The notes below the pieces were generated by a model. That model saw nothing but the letters and a program-made list of their open reading frames with translations, ran no database searches and had not been told where the DNA came from. A DNA stretch of 24,992 nt from a virus (lineage: Duplodnaviria; Caudoviricetes): positions 1 through 24,992 of IMG/VR virus record IMGVR_UViG_3300017784_007107; one strand, 5' to 3'. Below, one piece after another: positions 1 to 8,093 of this stretch. The stretch's first letter is position 1. Each line of letters opens with the position of its first letter. A program made the translations under genes and the position numbers.

Positions 1-542
1 ATGGGAGTATCATCATTAGCATCCCCAAATGCACCAAAAGCATTATCAGCAGGTGGGAAGTTAGAACTAATACCAGACATAGCAACAAAAGTTTCTGACT
101 TAACTCTCAGAGTTCCATGCATATCAACATAAGTGTGTACACCTACCCAACCAGCATGAGATACTGCAAATTTAGATCCTGTTGCTGTTGTAGCTGCTGC
201 TTCAAATTCATCAACACCTACAATCTTATTATTGACACTAGTTGATTGTAAATCATAATTGCTATCATGCAACAGATACTTTGGTTGCTGTGAGCAAGTA
301 TATGCAAGACCAGCAACAGCAACTCCACTGAGAAATTGTGTTGATGCAATTGAAATTGTAGTGGAATTTGTTACGCTAGAAATTACTGCTTCACCTACAG
401 TATTTCCAGCACCAATATAGAGTACTGATCCAACATATGCTGATGAGAAGGACGTTGCAGTCCCTGTGATTACCTTTGAGCCATATACAAGTGAGATAGT
501 GCCTGGTGAATAAATGCTATCTGCTTTTCCCCAAAGAGCCAT
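1..542 (-). CDS. Putative virion structural protein, 3' end truncated by the window edge (not in the ORF track)
   Basis: Manual translation from ATG at 542 reads MALWGKADSIYSPGTISLVYGSKVITGTATSF...SHAGWVGVHTYVDMHGTLRVKSETFVAMSGI... and stays open to position 1. It is Ser/Thr/Gly/Ala-rich. The MALWG start and HAGWV...RVKSETxVAM motifs resemble conserved cyanomyophage structural proteins. A TATAAATA late promoter lies upstream. Confidence 0.75.
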   Translation of the reverse strand, partial: MALWGKADSIYSPGTISLVYGSKVITGTATSFSSAYVGSVLYIGAGNTVGEAVISSVTNSTTISIASTQFLSGVAVAGLAYTCSQQPKYLLHDSNYDLQSTSVNNKIVGVDEFEAAATTATGSKFAVSHAGWVGVHTYVDMHGTLRVKSETFVAMSGISSNFPPADNAFGAFGDANDDTP

Positions 543-577
543 ATGTCTTACCTTAAATAAATTTCTTATCTTATTTT

Positions 578-585
578 TATTTATA
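578..585 (-). promoter_or_regulatory. T4-type late promoter TATAAATA
   Basis: Plus-strand tatttata at 578-585, intergenic, about 35 nt upstream of the ATG at 542. It abuts the U-tract of the upstream terminator. Confidence 0.8.
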
Positions 586-615
586 AAAAAAGAAGACCTC
601 CATGGAGATCTTCTT
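585..615 (-). terminator. Rho-independent terminator
   Basis: Minus strand reads AAGAAGATCTC-CATG-GAGGTCTTCTT (one G-U pair) running into a T-run, just downstream of the stop at 637. Confidence 0.8.
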
Positions 616-636
616 AGAATTAATTAAAATCAAACC

Positions 637-816
637 TTAAGGGGTAAGATCTTTTGCGCCTTTATCTTTCAAGAGCTTTTGTCCTTGAATAATAAGAAGT
701 GAAAGAATACCATTTGCCTTAACTTTTGAATTTGCTCCAAGTGCTTCAGAAACTGCAAATAATACAGTTGCTACAAGTGCTTGATTAGCAATTAACCATG
801 CGATTGCTACTGACAT
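637..816 (-). CDS. Small hydrophobic, probably membrane protein (about 59 aa); function unknown
   Basis: The ATG at 816 (MSVAIAWLIANQALVATVLFAVSEALG...) is more plausible than the TTG at 828. Hydrophobic N-terminal helix and basic C-terminus. Flanked by a GATAAATA late-promoter-like site (841-848) and a terminator. Confidence 0.7.
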   Translation of the reverse strand: MSVAIAWLIANQALVATVLFAVSEALGANSKVKANGILSLLIIQGQKLLKDKGAKDLTP

Positions 817-839
817 ATTCTTACTCAAATAGTTCCAAA

Positions 840-1562
840 TTATTTATCTTTTAAACTTTTTAGAATAGAATTTGCAACCTTAACTTTTGATTTTTTAGAA
901 TTACAAACCTCTTCAAATATAGAGAATCTATTAGAAACATAAAAACTAACAGATTCAGCAGAATCAACTTTTAATCTTTGTGCTTGCTGTGCTACCAGAA
1001 CATCTGCTCTTTCCTTAGTAACTTTTGCTTTTGCTGCTTTTGCTTTTGCTACTGACATTGGATCTGCTTTTTGCTTTTCAGCATCTCCCATAGGAGACAT
1101 CCCATAAGTATCAGACTCTTCCAATTTTAAGTTTTGATACACTTCAAAAATGCTTTCAATTGTAAACTCAGAAAGATCATATCCCTCATCAAGAAGTTCT
1201 TTTATCCAAGCATCAACTTCCTCAGATACTGTTGGTTTAGTATTAATAATATTACGAATACCTTTCTTAGTATCAACTTTATCATTTTTACCTGCACTAC
1301 TATGAAGTTGTCTTTCTTCCTTATTCATTGCTTTTTTAATTGCTTTATCTTTAGATCCAAAATATTCTTCCTTGCCCGACTCTAATTTTCCATCCCCATC
1401 ATAATCCTTATCTGCAGTATCATCATCAGCATCATCATCATCATCAGCATCATCATCTTTATTTTTTTTACTTTTCTTTTTCAAAACTTCATCTTCTTCT
1501 TTTTTTTCTTCAAAAAATGGTTCTCTTATTGTAGAAAAGCTATCCGACCAAATATTAGACAT
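840..1562 (-). CDS. Hypothetical highly charged protein, likely late/virion-internal
   Basis: 240-aa ORF with Lys and Asp tracts, a DYDGDGKLESGKEEYFGSKDKAIKKAM motif and a WIKELLDEGYDLSE motif, both recalled from cyanomyophage hypothetical proteins. TATAAATA lies directly upstream. Confidence 0.75.
   Translation of the reverse strand: MSNIWSDSFSTIREPFFEEKKEEDEVLKKKSKKNKDDDADDDDDADDDTADKDYDGDGKLESGKEEYFGSKDKAIKKAMNKEERQLHSSAGKNDKVDTKKGIRNIINTKPTVSEEVDAWIKELLDEGYDLSEFTIESIFEVYQNLKLEESDTYGMSPMGDAEKQKADPMSVAKAKAAKAKVTKERADVLVAQQAQRLKVDSAESVSFYVSNRFSIFEEVCNSKKSKVKVANSILKSLKDK
1419..1457. repeat. ATC-rich tandem repeat: 18-nt unit atcatcatcagcatcatc x2, encoding a poly-Asp tract
   Basis: Positions 1419-1436 and 1437-1454 are identical. 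The tract encodes DDDADDDDDADDD. Confidence 0.85.
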
Positions 1563-1587
1563 TTAATTAATTAATAAGTTCTTTTTT

Positions 1588-1595
1588 TATTTATA
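1588..1595 (-). promoter_or_regulatory. T4-type late promoter TATAAATA
   Basis: Plus-strand tatttata at 1588-1595 overlaps the TAA stop of the 370-aa ORF and lies about 25 nt upstream of the ATG at 1562. Confidence 0.75.
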
Positions 1596-2703
1596 CTAAA
1601 CTCACATCCTTAATCCAAGATTTGAACATAATACCAGACTCAGTAACACATATTAAATGGTTTGCACCACATCTAAGTATCTTACCAACCAATCCAGTAT
1701 TGCAACTTTCAACAATATTTCCCACAGTAAATAATTTACCAAAAAGATAATTTTCTCGTAATCCTTTTGGATCTAACTCTGGAGAAATTTGCCAAGTTTC
1801 TTTTACATTCAAAGATCCACCAAGTTCTGAAAATAATTGTTTAATTATTTTTGGATTAACTTCAGATGGCATAGCTTTTTTAAAAGTTTCAAAGTCTCCA
1901 GTTGCTGCAGACTTTCTTGCTGATGAAGAATTTTCTTCTGAGTCTGGATCTTTTGCTCCAGATGAAATTACATTAATAGAATTGTATTGATACAAGTTTC
2001 CATTTTGTTTTTGTGTAAGATTTTCTATTTCAGAAGTTCTTTCTGCTCCACATATAATGTTAATATCGCTGTACCCTTCTTGATTTAAGAATACAAGAAC
2101 ATCAAAAATAGTTTTAAATTCTTCACTATCTAGAATTCTATCCTGGAATTCAGGAAACATCAGTTTCATGAATTCAATCTTCACTTCTGGAGATAGTGGA
2201 TTTTTCTTTCCATCTTGAGTTCTAGATGGGAAAATGTAATAATTTCCACCTGAAGATGTTTTCTTAAGAGTAGTTAAAACATTTTTATGAGCTTTAGTTG
2301 GAGGATTAAATTTTCCAAAAGCTACAGTTACTAAATCTCCACTCACTGGAGATTGATTTTTTAAATTTCCACCACTAGATGTAGATTTTTGTGGTGTAGA
2401 TTGTGATGCATTTTTTGAAGATTGAGTTGCTGATGCTCCCAGTCTTTTTGGTGCAAGTTTTGCTTTTGTTGATGAATTTTCAGAATCTGATACTACAGGT
2501 TGACCTTGAGATTTTTCGTCCTCTGGTTTTTTAGATTTATTTTTGTCTAAGAATTGTAGTTGTCCTTTAACTGTTTGTGCTTTTATTTCTCCTTGTTTAT
2601 CTATCCAATATCCGTGACCATCCCCAGTAAAACCAAGCTTTTGTGCTTTTTGAGAAGCTTGGGAAACTCTTGCTTCTGTTATAAATTCTAAGAAACTTTT
2701 CAT
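1591..2703 (-). CDS. Cytidylyltransferase-like (HIGH-superfamily nucleotidyltransferase) protein with N-terminal capsid-targeting-like sequence
   Basis: VTVAFGKFNPPTKAH is a variant of FGRFNPPTxGH; KNPL and ICGAER motifs are also present. The N-terminus MKSFLEFITEA resembles the T4 internal-protein CTS. The family is typical of cyanomyophages near mazG. Confidence 0.8.
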   Translation of the reverse strand: MKSFLEFITEARVSQASQKAQKLGFTGDGHGYWIDKQGEIKAQTVKGQLQFLDKNKSKKPEDEKSQGQPVVSDSENSSTKAKLAPKRLGASATQSSKNASQSTPQKSTSSGGNLKNQSPVSGDLVTVAFGKFNPPTKAHKNVLTTLKKTSSGGNYYIFPSRTQDGKKNPLSPEVKIEFMKLMFPEFQDRILDSEEFKTIFDVLVFLNQEGYSDINIICGAERTSEIENLTQKQNGNLYQYNSINVISSGAKDPDSEENSSSARKSAATGDFETFKKAMPSEVNPKIIKQLFSELGGSLNVKETWQISPELDPKGLRENYLFGKLFTVGNIVESCNTGLVGKILRCGANHLICVTESGIMFKSWIKDVSLV

Positions 2704-2924
2704 GAATTGATTTTTGAGTATAGTAAATCTTGATTATCAAGAATATACTTAAGTCCAAATTGTTTGACTTTTAAATATTTATCCTTCTTTTGCTTTGGGT
2801 CATTTTGCTGATCCATAAAAGAAATATAAAATTTACAAAAATTTTCTATAAATTTTTTTTTGATTTGCTTAACTCTTACATGACTTTTATAAATTTGTAA
2901 AAGTTCTTTAAAAAAATCTTCCAT
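2700..2924 (-). CDS. Hypothetical protein (74 aa)
   Basis: Fills the gap exactly: TAATG overlap with the methyltransferase stop and ATGA overlap with the downstream start. Confidence 0.7.
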   Translation of the reverse strand: MEDFFKELLQIYKSHVRVKQIKKKFIENFCKFYISFMDQQNDPKQKKDKYLKVKQFGLKYILDNQDLLYSKINS

Positions 2925-3694
2925 TAATCTTTTATAATATCAAGTATGCCTCCACTTGTATTTAAACCATTGCCACATTCTGCTGTAAATTTTTCAATGT
3001 CCTTTTTACTTGGATTTTCAATTCTATTCCTCGCCATATTGTGATAATCATCAGATAAATCAAATCCAATATAATCATGTCCAAGAAGATTTGCAGCAAG
3101 ACCTGTAGTTCCAGATCCACTATATGGATCAAGTACAACTCCAGGGGTTTCCATTACTGCCTGAATGCATCTGAGTGGAATAATTATAGGGAATGGTGCA
3201 GGATGTGGATTTTTCATTTCTGGACCAAACTTCCAAACACTACCATAGTTTGCAGATCTTCTTGGTAATCTAGGATGTTTATCCCCCCTACATAACCAAT
3301 AAATTCTTTCATCTATTTGAATAAATCTATATCCAGAAATTTCTGGACCACTACATCTATTCCAAATAATCTCTTCTCTAATATTCCATTTGGTTTTAGT
3401 TAACCAAGCCCAAGGTGATATTGCATTACCTACAAGATATCTAACCTTATGATTATAAAACAAAGACCCACCAACTTTAGTTTTATCAAAAAGAATATTT
3501 AATAATTCAATTTGCTGTTCTTGATAAACATCTTCTGGAAGGGAATCATCAAATTTATCATATTCAATTTTACGAAATAATCCACCACCAATCTTCTGTT
3601 TGTTGTATGGTGGTGAAGTTACAGTACAATCAATAGAGTTATCATCAAGTTGTTTTGACAACTCAATACAATCTCCAATTTTTAAATTAATCAT
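2924..3694 (-). CDS. DNA amino-methyltransferase (N4-cytosine/N6-adenine, beta class)
   Basis: Motif IV VTSPPY near the N-terminus, HPAPFP, and motif I VLDPYSGSGTT near the C-terminus give beta-class order. SPPY is typical of, but not exclusive to, m4C enzymes. Confidence 0.93.
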   Translation of the reverse strand: MINLKIGDCIELSKQLDDNSIDCTVTSPPYNKQKIGGGLFRKIEYDKFDDSLPEDVYQEQQIELLNILFDKTKVGGSLFYNHKVRYLVGNAISPWAWLTKTKWNIREEIIWNRCSGPEISGYRFIQIDERIYWLCRGDKHPRLPRRSANYGSVWKFGPEMKNPHPAPFPIIIPLRCIQAVMETPGVVLDPYSGSGTTGLAANLLGHDYIGFDLSDDYHNMARNRIENPSKKDIEKFTAECGNGLNTSGGILDIIKD

Positions 3695-4743
3695 ATTGTT
3701 ACTTGAATGCCAATTCTCTCTGGCTTCAAACTACTTGGTCTATTTGTTTTATTACCTTGGGAATCAGATCCAAAAGGACCTGCTCTACCCTTTCCTTTCA
3801 GCATAGCACCTATAACTTGATTTTTAGCCTGAGAAACTCCTATTCCACTAGATTTTTTTATAGTATAACTATAATTATATAACCCTATAGTGTTATAATA
3901 TAAATTAGTAAATTCAATAAAAGAAGAATTCCATTGTGGACTCCTTGACCAATTCTCAATTTGTTTTTCTAGTGCATTAGCATATAGTGATATGATATCT
4001 TCTGGTATAGGAGTGCTTGAGTTTCCTGGAATTAATACACTATCTTGTTGAGGATTTTTTCCTACTAATTCCTTTAGAATTGAATCTTTATTTTTTTCAT
4101 TTCCATATATTGCAGTATAAGCTCCATCCTTAGGTGAATTATCATTCAGGTGTTCAAATAATTTATATATAAATTTAAGTTTATCATTATTAGTATTATA
4201 AATTACTTTTTTAAAAGCAATTCCACCATCAATAATTATAGATGAAGGTTTTAATGTGTTAGTTGTTCCTGATGCTTTTTTTGCACTAATTGGAATTCCA
4301 CCAAGTTTAAAATCATATCCTCTTTGAGTTGAACCTGGAGGGAAACTTACTTTAGATCTATTATCTACTGTCAGTTTTTGTTTCAATTTAGTATCATTAA
4401 TTATTGCAATAGGTCCTATAACCTCTGAGAAGTATACATTTATTTCAGCGAACCCAAGTTTACCATTACTAGATCTACATTTATCAATGAAACCTTTGAT
4501 TTCTCTATATTTTGAAAATGTTTTTTGAGTTCCAGCAGATTCTACTAAAAATTTTAAATATTCTGCATAGTCTGATAAAAACTTAGCTTCTGGTTCTTGT
4601 TCAAGTGAATTTTTTACTACAAATTCAGAAAAATATTTATCTATATTAATAATAACCTGATTCTTATAATCATCTACACTAGAAAAATCTTTATTTAATC
4701 CTAAATTTTTTGGATTCAATCCTGGAGTATTAAAATATGCCAT
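3691..4743 (-). CDS. Hypothetical protein, putative PD-(D/E)xK restriction-endonuclease-like nuclease
   Basis: Probable start is the ATG at 4743 (MAYFNTPG), just after the mazG stop. YFSEVIGP...FPPGSTQRGYDFKLGGIPISAKK resembles an E...D-x(n)-S-x-K nuclease core. ATGA overlap with the methyltransferase. The ORF is secure; the function is inferred. Confidence 0.55.
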   Translation of the reverse strand: MAYFNTPGLNPKNLGLNKDFSSVDDYKNQVIINIDKYFSEFVVKNSLEQEPEAKFLSDYAEYLKFLVESAGTQKTFSKYREIKGFIDKCRSSNGKLGFAEINVYFSEVIGPIAIINDTKLKQKLTVDNRSKVSFPPGSTQRGYDFKLGGIPISAKKASGTTNTLKPSSIIIDGGIAFKKVIYNTNNDKLKFIYKLFEHLNDNSPKDGAYTAIYGNEKNKDSILKELVGKNPQQDSVLIPGNSSTPIPEDIISLYANALEKQIENWSRSPQWNSSFIEFTNLYYNTIGLYNYSYTIKKSSGIGVSQAKNQVIGAMLKGKGRAGPFGSDSQGNKTNRPSSLKPERIGIQVTI

Positions 4744-4747
4744 TAAT

Positions 4748-5155
4748 TTATATGTCTCCATCTTTACGATTTTCACTACAATGAATATCAAAAGTTCCTT
4801 CTGGATATCTTGCTGATAGTTTTTGATAATTAATTTCCATTAGTTCCTCAAAGGTAGTATCAAGAGCAATACAAAGTTGAGACATATACCAGAGAATATC
4901 TCCTGCTTCCTTTTTCATATGAATTATATTATCTTCGGTATATGGTTTTCCTTGCAAGAACATTTTTTTAATAATTTCCACAAGTTCTCCTGCCTCTGCA
5001 CTTATGCCAAAAGCAGCAGTCATAAGACGAGGAACATTTGCACATTGTCCTTCTAGTTCATTCAAACGTTCAACAAGTTTTTGATATTCACTGCTTGCTG
5101 GACTAGTGGTTTGACGAACAAATTCAATATACTTATTAGGGTCAATAGTTGCCAT
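4748..5155 (-). CDS. mazG: MazG-like nucleoside triphosphate pyrophosphohydrolase
   Basis: GISAEAGELVEIIKK...KEAGDILWY...NYQKLSARYP all-alpha NTP-PPase motifs. Sits directly after gp41, as in cyanomyophages. Confidence 0.93.
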   Translation of the reverse strand: MATIDPNKYIEFVRQTTSPASSEYQKLVERLNELEGQCANVPRLMTAAFGISAEAGELVEIIKKMFLQGKPYTEDNIIHMKKEAGDILWYMSQLCIALDTTFEELMEINYQKLSARYPEGTFDIHCSENRKDGDI

Positions 5156-5157
5156 AT

Positions 5158-6534
5158 TTAAAACTTAAATCCTTCGAATGATTTTTTAGACTTTTTGTCT
5201 TCATCATTATACTCCAGTTCTTGCCCAGAGTCAAGAATATCATCTTGTGCTTTTTGCTCACAATCATAAAGTCTCATCTTTGCTCTATCAATACCCAATA
5301 CAAATCTTTTATTCATAGTAGGATCATTGTATCTATTTTTCAATTGCTTTACCATGATCTGTCCAAGTTGTTCCAATTCCTCTGTGCTAATAAGGGCAAA
5401 CATAAGATCAGCAGTAGCAGGGAGACCAAAGGACTCACTAGTATCAGTAAGTTCAACATCAGAGTTGCCATAACCACTACGAGTAGTCTGGGTAGCACTA
5501 ACAATAGGAACATTTGCTTCAACTGCAAGACCCCTAAGTTCTTCTGCAATTGCTTTAATATATGAATAAGAATTAACTGAATAATTACTCTTATACCTTG
5601 AGGAAGCACAAATATTAAGGTAGTCAATAAAAATAATATCAGGTCTAAATGATTTTTTAAGTGATAGCTCATTAAGAAGTGCTTTAAAATGTCCAGAGTG
5701 TGCTGATGCAGTTGGATACTCTTTGATTATAAAAGTTCCTTGAGTCTTCTGACTGATCTTATTTATTTTACTATCAAACATAGATTTAGGAAGTTCTGAA
5801 ATATCTTTGATATTTACATTCAGGAGGTTCGCATCAATTCTTTCAGCAATCCTGTCCTCAGCCATTTCAAGTGTAATGTAGAGAACATTTTTCCCTTGCA
5901 TGAGGATGGAGCTAGCCATATGGCACATGAATAAACTTTTCCCGACACCTGTGCCAGCAAGAGCGATATTGAGAGTCTTGTTAGGCAAACCACCTTTTGT
6001 AATTTTATTGAAGTACTCCAAATCAAATGGGATTTTGTCTTCCTTTCTGTGATAAGTTTCATACCTTTCATTGTAGTCATTTAGATAATCATGTCCTATA
6101 TGGTTGTCAAAAGAAACTGAAAGAGCTTCTTGTAGAATTGTGGGAATTGCATCCCTAGTTTTTTTATCATCTTGCCCATCAGCAATTTTAATACTTTCCA
6201 TAAGTGCAAGATAGATTGCTCTATCCCTACACCACTTCTCAGTAGTGTCTGATAACCAACCCAAATCTGCTGGAGAATTATCAAGATTACCTACATAATT
6301 GCAAATAATTTTATATGTATCCTCAGTAATATCAGTTCTTTTTTCGGTTTCAATTAAGAGAACTTCCTTTGTTGCAAGATCATTATAAGAAAGAATAAAT
6401 TTACCAATTTCATCAAAGACTACTTTTTCATGAAGGTTTTCAAAATATTCAGACTTAATAAAAGGCAACACCTTTCTACAATATTCGTCATTGAAAAGTA
6501 AATTTCTGAGAATAGTTGTTTCAATTTTTTCCAT
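5158..6534 (-). CDS. gp41: Replicative DNA helicase (T4 gp41)
   Basis: Walker A AGTGVGKS, ITLEMAE, IFIDYLNIC, SATQTTRSG, SESFGLPATAD, KQLKNRY. Confidence 0.97.
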   Translation of the reverse strand: MEKIETTILRNLLFNDEYCRKVLPFIKSEYFENLHEKVVFDEIGKFILSYNDLATKEVLLIETEKRTDITEDTYKIICNYVGNLDNSPADLGWLSDTTEKWCRDRAIYLALMESIKIADGQDDKKTRDAIPTILQEALSVSFDNHIGHDYLNDYNERYETYHRKEDKIPFDLEYFNKITKGGLPNKTLNIALAGTGVGKSLFMCHMASSILMQGKNVLYITLEMAEDRIAERIDANLLNVNIKDISELPKSMFDSKINKISQKTQGTFIIKEYPTASAHSGHFKALLNELSLKKSFRPDIIFIDYLNICASSRYKSNYSVNSYSYIKAIAEELRGLAVEANVPIVSATQTTRSGYGNSDVELTDTSESFGLPATADLMFALISTEELEQLGQIMVKQLKNRYNDPTMNKRFVLGIDRAKMRLYDCEQKAQDDILDSGQELEYNDEDKKSKKSFEGFKF

Positions 6535-6545
6535 TACTTATATTA

Positions 6546-7091
6546 CTATGGGTTATTTTTATATTGGGGAACATCAAAGACAAAAGTAATTCTTTCAACA
6601 TCTCCAATATTAACTGCCTTGTGTGGAAGTTTATTATTAAACCAAAATAGTGTTCCAGGATTAACTATGATGGTCTCATTACCTACAGTATACTCATACT
6701 TTCCCAGAATTGAAAGGTGGTATCTATCCTTTGACAAATAGTATTTTCCTTCATCTACATGAGTACCTACTTCTTGACCAACAGGTAAAGACAAGAATGC
6801 ACATCTACGATATTTTTTAAAATATTTTTTTAAAACTTTAAAAACTTCTGTATGATTATCATATGCAGGAGTTTTAACACAAAGTTCAGAATTGAAAGCT
6901 AATTCACCAGGATTGTTCACTGCCCCCATAATAAGTTGAAGAACATCCACTGTAGTTTTGTATGTTTTAGAATCAACTTGTTCTGTATTTTTAATTTGTT
7001 TTTGTGATCCCCAATCTTCTGGATTATTTTTGATTTGAGTTAAAATATGGGAAACATTTATATTGGATTCAACTACTCTAATATTATCCAT
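6546..7091 (-). CDS. Asp/Asn beta-hydroxylase-like 2OG-Fe(II) oxygenase
   Basis: HVD...RYHLSI...[12 protein letters not shown]...RITFVFD gives the HxD...H triad and 2OG-binding Arg. Probable start is the ATG at 7091 (MDNIRV), overlapping the end of uvsX. Confidence 0.85.
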   Translation of the reverse strand: MDNIRVVESNINVSHILTQIKNNPEDWGSQKQIKNTEQVDSKTYKTTVDVLQLIMGAVNNPGELAFNSELCVKTPAYDNHTEVFKVLKKYFKKYRRCAFLSLPVGQEVGTHVDEGKYYLSKDRYHLSILGKYEYTVGNETIIVNPGTLFWFNNKLPHKAVNIGDVERITFVFDVPQYKNNP

Positions 7092-8088
7092 AACTAAATT
7101 CAATTTTTGCAGATTCATCTAATGCTTGCATTACTTCTGGAGTAAAGTATTTTTCTGGATTTTCATTAATAGTTTTTCCAAACTGGGCTGTTCCATCACC
7201 AACCAAATAACGAGTTCCAGATTTTTTAAATATTTCATATTTCTCAGCAAGTTCAAGAAGTCCATAGTACTTATCCAATCCACGCTCATCATAAAATAAA
7301 CGAATTTCGACTTCTTTATTTTCTTTACTTAAACGTGATTTGTGAGTTTTGGCTTTAACTATGTTTCCAACAACTTCAGTACCATCTTTCTCCTTTTTCT
7401 TTGTTAGGTATATAATTGATGATGCTGCATATTTCAATCCAGATCCACCCCCCATATCTTTAGTAGGAACATAAGAACCAATCACATCGTAGGTATGATT
7501 TGTAACAATCATTGGAATTTTTGCCTGACCAAGTTTCAGAGTTAACATTCTAAATGCACCCTTGACTAATTGAGATTTAGTCATATCACGAACTTGCTTA
7601 TCGTTCAGACTGTCTTCAATTTCTTTTGTAGTAGAAAGCATCCCTAAACTATCTAAAACAAACATACAAGGAGTTCTTTCCTTTTCTGGTTTCTTTAGAT
7701 ACATATCTACAGCTTTTAGTGTTTTTGATCTAAATTCTTCAATAGTAACTACATTAACAACTACTAAACGAGTTGTATCAATTCCCCTAGATTCTAAAAG
7801 GGATTTGGTGATTGCTGCTTCAGTATCAAAATACAAACAATATCCAGTAGGATTATTATCAAGAAAATTCTTGACAACTGCAAGACTGAAGAAAGTCTTT
7901 CCAGTACTACTTTCACCTGCGATTGCAGTAATTTTGTTCCCAGAAACACCACCAAAGATGCTACCAGATACAAGAGCATTAAAAATGTAAGAACCTGTGT
8001 CCACATATGTTTCAGTTTCATCAATCTCCGATGCTAATTGAGTGTATTCTCCACCAATTTCTTTTACAATATCCTTAAGAAAGTCCAT
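7084..8088 (-). CDS. uvsX: RecA-like recombinase UvsX
   Basis: [46 protein letters not shown]. Located between gp43 and gp41. Confidence 0.96.
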   Translation of the reverse strand: MDFLKDIVKEIGGEYTQLASEIDETETYVDTGSYIFNALVSGSIFGGVSGNKITAIAGESSTGKTFFSLAVVKNFLDNNPTGYCLYFDTEAAITKSLLESRGIDTTRLVVVNVVTIEEFRSKTLKAVDMYLKKPEKERTPCMFVLDSLGMLSTTKEIEDSLNDKQVRDMTKSQLVKGAFRMLTLKLGQAKIPMIVTNHTYDVIGSYVPTKDMGGGSGLKYAASSIIYLTKKKEKDGTEVVGNIVKAKTHKSRLSKENKEVEIRLFYDERGLDKYYGLLELAEKYEIFKKSGTRYLVGDGTAQFGKTINENPEKYFTPEVMQALDESAKIEFSYG

Positions 8089-8093
8089 ACTAA

